64,000 bases of DNA from Octopus sinensis (Eukaryota): the NCBI RefSeq assembly GCF_006345805.1, contig NC_043023.1, forward strand, positions 20,460,001-20,524,000. The letters are read 5' to 3'. A program made the translations under genes and the position numbers. How positions within the stretch are numbered: position 1 is the stretch's first letter; every line of letters begins with the position of its first letter. Below, piece by piece: positions 1 to 11,952 of the stretch. The notes under the pieces are model-generated. The model had not been told where the DNA came from. It did no database searches and saw only the letters and a list, made by a program, of their open reading frames with translations.

Positions 1-405
1 GCAGTCAAATGACTGAAACAAGTAAAAGAGTAAAAGAGTAAAAGAGACCGATAGAATAAGTACTGGGCTTACAAAGAATAAGTCCCGGGGTGGATTTGCG
101 CGGCTAAAGGCGGTGCTCCAGCATGGCCGCATTCAAATGACTGAAACAAGTAAAAGAGTAAAAGAGTAAAAGAGACCGATAGAATAAGTACTGGGCTTAC
201 AAAGAATAAGTCCCGGGGTGGATTTGCTCGGCTAAAGGCGGTGCTCCAGCATGGCCGCAGTCAAATGACTGAAACAAGTAAAAGAGTAAAAGAGTAAAAG
301 AGACCGATAGAATAAGTACTGGGCTTACAAAGAATAAGTCCCGGGGTGGATTTGCTCGACTAAAGGCGGTGCTCCAGCATGGCCGCAGTCAAATGACTGA
401 AAAGA
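1..405 (+). repeat. Tandem array of the family A SINE 3' end, 128-bp period
   Basis: GCA(G/T)TCAAATGACTG starts at 1, 129, 257 and 385. Confidence 0.9.
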
Positions 406-768
406 GTAAAAGAAAAGAAGATAAAACATAAACCAATGATTAAGTAATGTACAAAATAATAAATTAAACGTATATATTTGTTATTCTAACAAATATTTAC
501 ATTTTATTCATTTACTATTTTGCACATTTCTTAATTATCGTTATATGTTTTATCTTATATTTAATCTTTCTATATTATGTAATTTTCTAAATGGTGTAAT
601 TTAATTTTTCACTTTGAATTGATAAAAGGTGTTTTTTTTCTAATTTATATGTATATATTATATTTTGTGAAATTTGATTTAGTATTTCTAAATTGAATTT
701 TTCCCTGTAAGTTTGGAATAATATTCCCTCATATTATTATTATTATATATATATATATATTGTTTAAA

Positions 769-1182
769 GGCGCAGGAGTGGCTGTGTGGTAAGTAGCTTG
801 CTTACCAACCACATGGTTCCGGGTTCAGTCCCACTGCGTGGCACCTTGGGCAAGTGTCTTCTATACTAGCCTTGGGCCAACCAAAGCCTTGTGAAGTGGA
901 TTTGGTAGACGGAAACTGAAAGAAGCCTGTTGTATATATGTAAGATATATATATATATATATTATGTGTGTGTTTGTGTGTCTGTGTTTGTCCCCCTCCC
1001 TAGCATTGCTTGACAACCGATACTGGTGTGTTTACGTCCCCGTCACTTAGCGGTTCGGCAAAAAGAGACCGATAGAATAAGTACTGGGCTTACAAATAAT
1101 AAGTCCCGGGGTCGAGTTGCTCGACTAAAGGCGGTGCTCCAGCATGGCCGCAGTCAAATGACTGAAACAAGTAAAAGAGTAA
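769..1182 (+). mobile_element. SINE family A (tRNA head + CORE-like domain + internal (TA)/(GT)n + (AAAGAGT)n tail), full-length copy
   Basis: A box TGGCTGTGTGG, B box GGTTCAGTCCC, CORE-like CACCTTGGGCAAGTGTCTT. More than 20 full or partial copies in the window. Confidence 0.85.
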
Positions 1183-1356
1183 AGGATCGTGGATAAGGCC
1201 AGAACAATGAAAAGTAAATGCAAGGCAAATCAGAGGAAAACAAATATGAATTAATGCAGACTTACCTGACTAGGTAAATCTTACCTGGTCTTATATTTTT
1301 CTTGTGATTTACCCTGCATATATTTTCCATTGTTCTGGCCTCACCCACGATCTTTT
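1181..1356. mobile_element. MITE-like imperfect inverted repeat (~65-bp arms)
   Basis: GATCGTGGATAAGGCCAGAACAATG at the left pairs with CATTGTTCTGGCCTCACCCACGATC at the right. Confidence 0.5.
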
Positions 1357-1420
1357 ATACAATATATTCTACACACTACTTCATAGTAATTATTCCATAT
1401 ACACACACATATATTGATTG

Positions 1421-1955
1421 ATTGATTCTAGTTTCAGCTCACGAGCTGTGGCCATGCTGGGGCACCTGCCATTTGGTGTTGCTACATGGTTTTACTTTAC
1501 GAATGCTTTTTAGCAAATGCCATTTGGTGCATGAGAGAGTTCGATGCAGCTGCCCTCATCTGCCCCTCCTGCCGTGAAGTCGGTTCATCTGGGACACCTG
1601 ACAAGAAGAGATCCAGTTTTATTTTAAAGACATCTGCATCCACCCCTTGCAGGTCTCTTAGGTTCTTCGGGAGGATATTGAAGAGCTGTGAGCCTCGGAA
1701 GCCCAGGCTATCACAGTATCTTGTCCTACATCGTGACGGCAAATTTGGAGTCCTAGGCACTATGCAGTGGCGCCCAGTTCTGGCATTTGTGTAACTCTCG
1801 ATGCCAAAGTTTGGGACAAGTCCCTCCAGGATCTTCCAGATGTATATTATGGCATATCTTTCTCACCTACGCTCCAGGGAATAGAGTTTTAATCTCTTGA
1901 GTCTTTCCCAGTAGCTTATATTCTGCATAGAGGCTATCTTCGTGTAGCTTCGTTT
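1421..1955 (-). mobile_element. CR1/L2-group LINE 3' fragment
   Basis: Translates 'SYWERLKRLKLYSLERR*ERYAIIYIWKILEGLVPNFGI...LGFRGSQLFNILP...DVFKIKLDLFLSGVPDEP'. 3' UTR ends in an (AATC)n tail. Confidence 0.8.
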
Positions 1956-2229
1956 ATAAATGATATTATTGTTCTTTGTTACGAAATATATAGAACAGCT
2001 AGATAAAAATAGGGGTGCTCAGTTTGAACCTGAGACGAAAGATAAGAATTGAGATATGAACTCAAATTAGGCAATTGTACTCGTACCTTTATAAATTCGG
2101 CTTAAAATGCGTATACTTATATTAATATTAATTTTTAATATATGTGTCAATATGTATTGATGTATGAATGCGGATTTTAAGTCGAATTTATTAAGGTATG
2201 AGTAGAATTTCCTCATTTGAGTTTATATC

Positions 2230-2373
2230 TTTATATGTATATATAGGTGTATGTATGTGTATATATGTATATGTATATATATGGGTGTGTATGTATATAT
2301 ATATGGGTGTGTATGTATGTATATATATATATGGGTGTGTATATGTATATATATATATATGGGTGTGTATATG

Positions 2374-2404
<31 letters not shown>

Positions 2405-2526
2405 GGGTGTGTATGTATGTATGTATATATATATATATGGGTGTGTATGTATATATATATATGTGTGTATGTATGCATATATATATATATGGTGTGTATC
2501 TGTGTGTGTATATATATATATATATA
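2230..2526. repeat. (TA)n/(TG)n compound microsatellite with recurrent ATGGGTGT spacers
   Basis: Direct inspection. Confidence 0.9.
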
Positions 2527-2631
2527 TGTTAAATGTTCCTCATTCCTCCTGGGACAGAGGAATTTATGTTCCCTGAGAGATTGAGAACCGAATCAATATA
2601 GCCATTAGATAACAGCACACCTGATTGTGTG

Positions 2632-2662
<31 letters not shown>

Positions 2663-3171
2663 CACGTATATGAAATAAATTTGGGATCACAAAGGAACAA
2701 ATAATTGCCATGAACTCCATTAGCTTACAGCTGTTTCTGCTATGAGGTACAGTGTTACCCTTCATCAGAGCTTCAAGCCTGAAGTCCAATACATACACTC
2801 ACACACATATATATGAGCAAGCAATATTTCATTAACTTGTGTATGTATGTATATGTGTGTATACGTGCATGTATGTATATATGTGTGTGTTTGCATATAT
2901 TATATGAACTTGACCAGTATACACACGTGTTTGTTTGTGTGTGTGTATATATATATATCTCGCATAATGAACCTCTGTGTATTTATATGTATATTATATG
3001 AAGTAAACTTTTGCAAATGCATGTATATGTGTGTGTATATATGTATTTATGATTAACCATATGTGTATATGCATTCTATTTACAGAAAACTATTATATGA
3101 ATAATAATAATAATAATTGTTTCTTTATTTCGACAAGGCTGATGGAGGGGAGGGAATATTAGTAAGACATA

Positions 3172-3420
3172 GGTGGGGTGCGTGGCTTAGTGGTTAGGGT
3201 GTCAGCACTATGATCGTAAGATTGTGGTTTCAATTCCTGGACTGGTTGACGCGTTGTGTTCTTGAGCAAAACACTTCATTTCACGTTGCTCCAGTCCACT
3301 CAGCTTGCAAAAATGAGTAATGCCGCGATGGACTGGTGTCCCGTCCATCTGGGGGGAACACATATGCCATAGAAACCGGGAAACCGGGCCCATGAGCCTG
3401 GCTAGGCTTTAAAAGGGCAC
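3172..3420 (+). mobile_element. tRNA-derived SINE, V-domain-like
   Basis: A box TGGCTTAGTGG, B box GGTTTCAATTCC, central CAGTCCACTCAGC..AAAAATGAGTA and GATGGACTGGTGTCCCGTCC. Confidence 0.5.
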
Positions 3421-3429
3421 ATTTATTAT

Positions 3430-4320
3430 TATATTTATAGGTGGGGGTGCAGTAGCATACTGTGAAGTTCAACTTATGCCGAGGTCGACTTAGCCTTTCA
3501 TCCTTTCGGGGTTGATAAATTAAGTACCAGTTACATACTGGGAGGTCAATCTTATCAACTAGTCCCCCTCCCTCCCAAATTTCAGGCCTTGTGCCTAGAG
3601 CAGAAAAGAATACCGTGAAATAAAACTGGAAGAAAAGGGTAGCATTATGCACCCCTTTCTTACCCGACCCTGAGCGACAGAGAATCGTCTCATGTGAAAT
3701 CCAGATAAAATGGGGTTCTGTGTTCCAACTCAATTTCCCCCCAGATCGACTTTAATTTAAATCTTTTCAGGGTTGATATAATACCAGTTGTGTACTGGGG
3801 TCAGTATAATCAAGCCCCTTTCTCCAAAAATTTCAGGCCTTGTGCCTATAGTGTTGTTGTTGTTGTTATTATTATTATAAAGTGACGAACTGGCAGAATC
3901 GTTAGTGGTGTTTCACAAATCGCTGCATTCTGAGTTCAAATCCCGCTGAGGTCAACTATGCGTTTCATCCTTCTGGGGTTCATAAAATAAGTACCTATTT
4001 CTTTATTACCCACAAGGGGCTAAACACAGAGGGGACAAACATGGACAGACATAGGTATTAAGTCGATTACATCGACCCCAGTGCGTAACTGGTACTTAAT
4101 TTATCGACCCCGAAAGAATGAAAGGCAAAGTCGACCTCGGCGGAATTTGAACTCACAACGTAACGCAGACGAAATACCGCCAAGCATTTTGCCCGGCGCG
4201 TTCACGGCTCTGTCAGCTCGCCGCCTTTTTTATAAAATAAGTCCCAGTTGTACACTGGGGTCAATGAAAACAACTCCTGCCCCCACCCAAATTGCTGCCC
4301 TTGTGGCAAAATTTGAAACC

Positions 4321-4352
<32 letters not shown>

Positions 4353-4567
4353 GGTGGCAGGCTGGCAGAATGGTTAGCACGCTGGAAGAAACGCTTAACG
4401 GTATTTCACCCATCGCTAAGTTCTGAGTTCAAATTCCGCCGAGGTCGACTTTGCCTTTCATCCTTTTCAGGGTCGATAAATTAAGCACCAGTGAAACACT
4501 GGGAGGGGGTCGATGTAACTAACTAGTTCCCTCCTCCCATATTTCAGGCCCCATGCCTATAGCAGAA

Positions 4568-4608
<41 letters not shown>

Positions 4609-5215
4609 GGCAGCGAGCGGGCAGAATCGTTAACACACTGGACGAAATTCTCAACAGTTTTTCACCCCTACTCTTTTGCTTGTTTCAGTCAGTTGACTGT
4701 GGCCATGCTGGAGCACCGCCTTTAGTCGAGCAAATCGACCCCGGGATTTATTCTTTGTAAGCCCAGTACTTATTCTATCGGTCTCTTTTTGCCGAACCGC
4801 TAAGTGACAGGGACGTAAACACACCAGCATCGGTTGTCAAGCAATGCTAGGGAGACACACATACATATATACATACATATATATATACGACAGGCTTCTT
4901 TCAGTTTCCGTCTACCAAATCCACTCACAAGACATTGGTCAGTCCGGGGCTATAGCAGAAGACACTTGCCCAAGATGCCACACAGTGGGACTGAACCCAG
5001 AACCATGTGGTTGGTAAGGAAGCTACTTACCACACAGCCACTCCTGCGCCTATATTATGTTTTTAGTTCAAAATTCTGCCAAGGTTGACTTTGCCTTTCA
5101 TCCTTTCAGGGTTGATTAAATAAGTACCAGTTATGCATTGGGGTTGATGTAATCAACTTAACCCCTTTCCCCAAATTTGAGGCCTTTTGCTTCCAGTAGA
5201 AAGGATTATTATTGT
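3430..5215. mobile_element. Cluster of SINE family C (Meta-domain-like) copies linked by (ATT)n
   Basis: Repeated GAGTTCAAATTCCGCCGAGGTCGACTTTGCCTTTCATCCTTTCGGGGTCGATAAATTAAGTACC; A box TGGCAGAATCGTTAG. Confidence 0.75.
4672..5050 (-). mobile_element. SINE family A copy
   Basis: Reverse complement of the 769-1182 consensus. Confidence 0.85.
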
Positions 5216-5787
5216 TATTATTGAGTGAGAGAGCAGTTTATGCCATCAAAGTGACACTGGGGTAAAATATACGAAGCCCAATATACCCATCATGACTACC
5301 CGTCTGATAAGGGTACACCAGGCACATGCATCACAACCATATGTGCACGACATGGTGATCTCATATCAAGATAAACAGTGCATGACCTTGTAGGTGGAGC
5401 CCTAGTTAGAATTTTCTTCAGGTTGAGTAGCCCATCCCGCTCAAAAGGTCCCTGAATAAAGATTGTTTAAGGATGTTGAACGAACATATATATATGAATT
5501 CAATTCTTCCCCGGACTCTTGAAATGCTATCAGCCGGCTGCAGGTGTTTCTCTCTTTTCAATTAGACTCTGTAATATATTATAATATATTATGATAATTA
5601 GCATCGTAGTTAATTAGCTGACATAATTCATATTTATGTAAATAAAAACCAAAATGAAATATTCTCCTCTTTTTTGGGGGGGGGGTGTATTTTTTTTTTA
5701 AAAATTTATTTGTATTTTTTATATGTGTTTGTGTTGTGTTTTTCGGTTTTGAGAATTTTGAGGTGAGAGTCACAATACTAGCTGGTG

Positions 5788-5819
<32 letters not shown>

Positions 5820-6604
5820 ACTCAACTTGTGTGTCTGTGTGTTTAACTCCCCGGCACATCTCCTCCTAGCCAACAAATCGTAGAACCACCAAAAATGGGT
5901 CACTTAAAGTTTAGGCAAATGAAAATTGAACTGGACTATTTCTGTTCCGAAATTCATCTCGCAAGTGCAAAAATCGATAATGTGTTTGTTTAGGCCTTAT
6001 CCCATGGATTGAATAGTGAACTTTACTCATTCAGCTGTTTGACGTGAACCGTGTTTACCACGCGTGCAAGCATGCGTAAATTGCATGAAAAATAAAAAAT
6101 CAAGATATAAAAACGAATCGCCGTAAACATTGTAGAAATTCGGCAAAGAAATGAATTTTTGGGATGAAGCCTGAAGGGTTTTTTCGTATTAATCGTTTGA
6201 ACTTTGTGAACTCATGCCAATTGTTTTCATAACATCTTTAACGCTTTGAATTAAATGTGACCATTTTGCGTTGCATCTGCAGTTTGAATCACTTTAACCA
6301 AATTTTAGCAGGCCGGATTTTTGATCATCACGATACATCACCAGAGACTCCTTGAAACTCTCCCCTGAAATCCCCGTTAAGAAATACTGATCTAAAAGAA
6401 TAATTCAACAAGGCAATTATTTCATGAACAAAAATTTATGAAACGCTTCTACGTACTTCCTATTGAGGAAATGGAACACAAGCGCAAAAATAGAGGGCTT
6501 TAAATGCTTGATTTTAAAACCAAAATAATTGGATTTTGATTGAACTTCATCCAAGTTTCGCTTCAGTCGCGCATGCATAGGACGCATGAGGCGGGCATTT
6601 TGTT

Positions 6605-8930
6605 ATATTTTACATGTATTTATATATATGTAGATGTATAAATATGTATATATATATACAAATATTTACATGTATATGGATATATATGCATATATATACA
6701 TGTAGATAAATATATATGGATGTATATGGATTTTTATGCATGTATATGCATATATATCCATGTATATGCATGTTTAACCATGTATATACATATATATGCA
6801 TATATATATATGAATATGCATATATATATATATACATGTATATGCATATATAATCATGCATATATATGCATGTATATGCATATATATAAATGTCTATGCA
6901 TATATATCGAAGAATATGCATATATATACATGTATATACATTTATATACATGTATATGCAAATATATATACAAGTATATGCATATATATACATGTATATT
7001 CATATATATGTATATATATACATGTATATGCATGTATATACATGTATATGTATATATATACATTTATATGCATATATATATATGCATGTATATACATGTA
7101 TATGTATATATATACATTTATATGCATGTATATACATGTATATGCATATACATGTATATGTATATATATATGCATGTATATGCATATATATACATGTATA
7201 TGTAGGTATATGCATGTATATATATATATATTTATGTATATATATGTATTTGCAAGTATATAAATGTACATACAAGTATATGCATATTTATACATGTATA
7301 TACGTATATATGCATATATATATGTATATTCATATATATACATGTACATGCCTATATATGAATATATATACAAGTATATGCATGTATATGTAAGTACATG
7401 CATATATATGCATGTATATGCATATATTTACATTATATGCATATATATAAGTATATGTATATGTACATATATATATATATAAGTATATGTATATATACAT
7501 ATATATGTATATATACATATACATGTATATATATATATATACATACACTTATATATATATACTTATATATATGTATACATGTATATATACATGTATTTAT
7601 ATATATATACATGTATATGTATATATACATATACTTATATATATATACATGTATATGTATATATACATATACTTATATATATATATATACATGTATATGT
7701 ATATATATATGTGTGTATATATATCTACATGTATATATATACATGTGTATGCATATATATGTACATATATAGATGTATATGCATATATATATATATACAT
7801 GTATATGCATAGATATAAATGTATATATATGCATTTATATGCATATATAAATACATGTATGTTTATACATTTATATCTATGCATGTACTTATATATAGAT
7901 GTAAATATGCATATACATGTATATATATGCATATATTTACATGTATAATCATATATATGCATATACCTATATATGCATGTACATGCATATATATGCATGT
8001 ATATTCATATATATACATATATATGCTTATATATACATGTATATTCATGTACATGCATATATATATATATACATATATATGCACGTATATATATACACAT
8101 ATATATCCCTATATACATGTATATGCATATATTATACATATGCATTTATATGCATATATATACAAGTATATGCATATATATATATACATTTATATGCATA
8201 TATTTACATATATATGCATATATATACATGTATATGCATATATATGCACATATATACATGTATATGCATATATATATATACATATATATGCATGTATATA
8301 CATGTATTTATATATATATACATGTTTATGTATATATACACATATACTTATATATATATATGTACATATACTTATATATAGATGCATATACATGTATATA
8401 TATGCATATACATCATCATCATCGACGCTAAATTATGATGATGATGATGTATATGCATCTATATATAAGTATATGTATATATACGTATATGTACTTATAT
8501 ATATAAGTATATGTATATATAATATACATATATATATATATATACATAAGTATATGCAGTTATACATATACATGTATATATATATAAGTATATGTATATA
8601 TATACATATACATGTATATAAGTGTATGTATATATACTTGTATATATACATATACATGTATATGTATATATACATATACTTATATATGTATACATATACA
8701 TGTATATGTATATATACATACATATATAGGTATATATATGTTTATGTATATATAGATACATATACATAATTTTCACGTATAATTTTATGTACATGTAAAT
8801 ATATGTATATGGATATATAATATATGTATATACATATACATATATATACATATTTTTATATATATATACGTGTATATAAATATATATATGCATATATATA
8901 CATACATCTATTTACATATATATATATATC
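6605..8930. repeat. ~2.3-kb alternating purine-pyrimidine low-complexity tract (TATA/ATGCAT/ACATGT)
   Basis: Direct inspection; source of dozens of spurious Y/I/M/H/C ORFs. Confidence 0.95.
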
Positions 8931-9629
8931 GATGCCATCACCACCTGATTGGTCCCATGCCAGTAGCACGTAAAAAGCACCATTCGTGCGTCGTCGATGC
9001 CAGTGCCAACGGCCCAGCCCCTGTGGCGGTGGACCGTAAAAGGCACCTGCTATACTCTCGGAGTGGTTGGCGGTAGGAAGGGCATCCAGCTGTAAAAACT
9101 TTGTCAGATCTGATTGGAGCCTGGTGCCCCCTCCTGGCTTGCTAGTCCTCAGTCAAACCGTCCAACCCATGCCAGCCTTGAAAGTGAATATATATGATGA
9201 TGATGATGATGATGATGGTGGTGATAATGATTGTTGAAATTTATAGGAAAAACAGAAGACGAAAACAGTTGTATGAACAACAAACAGGTTTATTAGTTTG
9301 GTACTCATGAAAGTTAGAAAGTTTTTCAAATTTCGGGCATATGCTCTTCAGCAGAATGGAATAAGAGAAAATATATAGAGAATGAAAACAAAAAAAGCTG
9401 TGAATATTAACGGTCAAGCATGGCGACTGATTAGAAAAAAATGTTTGGAAGAAGAAGCTGGAAGAAAAGGAGATGATAAAGTGATGGTGATCCCTCATGA
9501 AGGTGTGAATGTGTAAGTGTGTGTTTTAATAGGGGCTAGTGGCTTTGACGTGTCTAAGTGTGTTTATCTGTAATCTGTGGCTGTTCAATAGAATGGTATG
9601 TGTGGTGGCGCTATTGAAGATTGTGTGGT

Positions 9630-9835
9630 TTAGATGCTGGGGAGGGGGTCAGTGCTAGTGTGTGGTATGGTATGGTGGGGGGTGGGTGGTATCAATGAAG
9701 AGAAGAGGTGGGTAGGAGTGAAGAGAGGAAGGGAGTTGAACCCATATGGTGCAAAGGAGAGAAGACAGAAGATTAATTCCTGTTCACGGTGAAGGCAGAA
9801 ATCCGGATGGCCCCTGTGGAAAGACAATCTGAACA
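9630..9835 (-). mobile_element. Penelope-like element remnant (GIY-YIG endonuclease C-terminal end)
   Basis: 'HREQELIFCLLSFAPYGFNS' resembles the 'E..LIF.L.TL.P.G.N' C-terminal motif of Penelope-like endonucleases. Short and degenerate. Confidence 0.4.
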
Positions 9836-10147
9836 CATATATAAATATATACATAAATATACATACATACATATGTGTATACATGCATGCTGATACACAC
9901 ACATATACACAAACAAACAAAGAAAAGGAACACCTTTTTGATAATGGACAGTCAACAACTATTGAAGAGGTGGCAAAGAAATGAGGAAAATTTTATGAAA
10001 AAAGAAAAACGTAAGTACATGAGTGGAAATCAAACCAGTGGGTGTGTTAATTAATAAGGCACTAATAAAGAATGACCCTCCCAGACACAAAATATAATGC
10101 AAGTGGATTTGGTAGATGGAAACTGAAAGAAGCCCATCATTATATAT

Positions 10148-10495
10148 ATCTTCTTCTTCTAGCATTCACCCGGGGTGGGTTGAGCTGGCTTCATTCATCC
10201 TCAATGCTGCATCTCTCAAACGCTGACCAGGCCTGGCGATTTGAGGCTAACGACCGCGTGATCTCCAACCACTCGTTATTCCAGCTGAGAACGCCATAGA
10301 TATGGGGGCCTAGATTGGGTTCCAGATCAGCCAGGTTTTTCGTTGTCCATCACGACGCTTTCGCCAACCCTGAAGGGGAGCTGGGGCAATTGCTTTGTAG
10401 GTTGTGTTCCAGATCAGCCAGGTTTTTCGTTGTCCACCACATCGCTTTCACCAACCCTGAAGGAGAGCTGGGGCAATTGCTTCATAGATGAATTC
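10148..10495 (-). mobile_element. RTE-clade LINE 3' remnant with an ~88-bp internal tandem duplication
   Basis: Minus-strand fragments 'PLQGWRKRRDGQRKTWL' and 'GPHIYGV..WNNEWLEITRSLASNRQAWS' resemble RTE C-termini; (GAA)n tail. 10321-10406 is repeated at ~10409-10494. Confidence 0.55.
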
Positions 10496-10699
10496 TCCTT
10501 TTGAGTTCCTTTTGAGCATTGGGCCTCACAGAGGCAAAGTTGCATAGTCTCTTTTGAATGTTGGGCCTCACGGAGGCAAAGTGGCTGAATTCATATTGAG
10601 CGTTGGGCCTCACAGAGGCAAGGTGGCGGAGTTCATTTTGTGCTTCCCTTAAGCAAAATGGCTGAGTTCCTTTTGCCTCGAAGCTGGTGGCAAAGTCAA

Positions 10700-11050
10700 A
10701 TCATGCATTTCCTGGTTGACTCAAGAGACTGATGGCGATTTCAACAAATGCATTTCCTGTTTGACTCAAGAAGCTTGTGGCAAAATGATCGGTCCCATTT
10801 CTTGTGTGACTCAAGAAGTTCGTGGTGGAATCAACTCATGCATTTTCTGGATGACTCAAGAAGTTGTTGGTGAAAGCAAATGATGCATTTCCTGGGTGAC
10901 TGAAGCAGCTGGTGGCAGAATCGACTCTTGCATTTCCTGGGTGACTGAAGCAGCTGGTGGGGAAATAACTGTTGCATTTCCTGGTTGACTCAATAAATTG
11001 GTGTCAAAATCAACAGACGCATTTCCTGGTTGACTCAAGAAGTTGGTCGT
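10700..11050. repeat. 45-bp minisatellite, 8 degenerate units
   Basis: TGACT(C/G)A at 10717, 10762, 10807, 10852, 10897, 10942, 10986 and 11031. Confidence 0.85.
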
Positions 11051-11202
11051 GTTATCTGGAACCCATTTCAAATTTTATATAAAACCTCGTACTAAAAGCT
11101 TTCTTCTGATATCCATTTTTTGCTGAAATTACAATTAATAAATGATTTATAATTCTTTTAAAATAGTGAGTTGCTTTACAATCACCTTCTACATAAATGT
11201 TG

Positions 11203-11952
11203 TGTGGAGGCGCAATGGCCCAGTGGTTAGGGCAGCGGACTCGCGGTTGTAGGATCGCGGTTTCGATTCCCAGACCGGGCGTTGTGAGTGTTTATTGAGC
11301 GAAAACACCTAAAGCTCCACGAGGCTCCGGCACGGATGGTGGTGATCCCTGCTGCTACTCTTCACCACACTTTCTCTCACTCTTACTTCTGTTTCTGTGT
11401 TGTACCTGTATTTCAAAGGGCCGGCCTTGTCACTCTCTGTGTCACGCTGAATATCCCCGAGAACTACGTTAAGGGTACGTGTCTGTGGTGGAGTGCTCAG
11501 CACTTACACGTTAATTTCACGAGCAGGGCTGTCCGTTGATCGGATCAACCGGAACCCTCATCGTCGTAACCGACAGAGTGCTTCCAAGTGGTTAGAGCAG
11601 CGGACTCGCGGTCATAGGATCGCGGGCGGTTTCGATTCCCAGACGGGGCGTTGTGAGTGTTATTGAGCGAAAACACCTAAAGCTCCACGGGCTCCGGCAG
11701 GGGATTGGTGGTGATCCTGCTGTACTCTTCACCACAACTTTCTCTCACTCTTACTTCCTGTTTCTGTTGTACCTGTATTTCAAAGGGCCGGCCTTGTCAC
11801 TCTCTGTGTCACGCTGAATATCCCCCGAGAACTACGTTAAGGGTGCACGTGTCTGTGGAGTGCTCAGCCACTTGCACGTTAATTTCACGAGCAGGCTGTT
11901 CCGTTGATCGGATCAACCGGAACCCTCGTCGTCGTAACCGACGGAGTGCTTC
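11203..11952 (+). mobile_element. SINE family B (tRNA-Arg-like head), two tandem copies
   Basis: A box TGGCCCAGTGG, GACTCGCGG anticodon-like arm, B box GGTTTCGATTCCC; ends ...CGTAACCGACGGAGTGCTTCCA. Confidence 0.85.

Noticed and set aside
5820-6600. CpG-retaining non-repetitive-looking block (similar blocks at 22150-22500 and 23640-24140)
   Set aside because: No ORF, termini or second copy visible. They are probably unclassified TE fragments, but I cannot support a call without a database search.
2191-8893. Dozens of long Y/I/M/H/C/V-rich ORFs in the ORF track (also around 15000, 23100-24600 and 33000)
   Set aside because: They are translations of (TA)n/(TG)n/(CA)n tracts that lack stop codons; no coding complexity or splice support.
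11203-11280. tRNA-like sequences at SINE heads
   Set aside because: A/B boxes are present but there is no closing acceptor stem or terminator, and they continue into SINE bodies; not called as tRNA genes.
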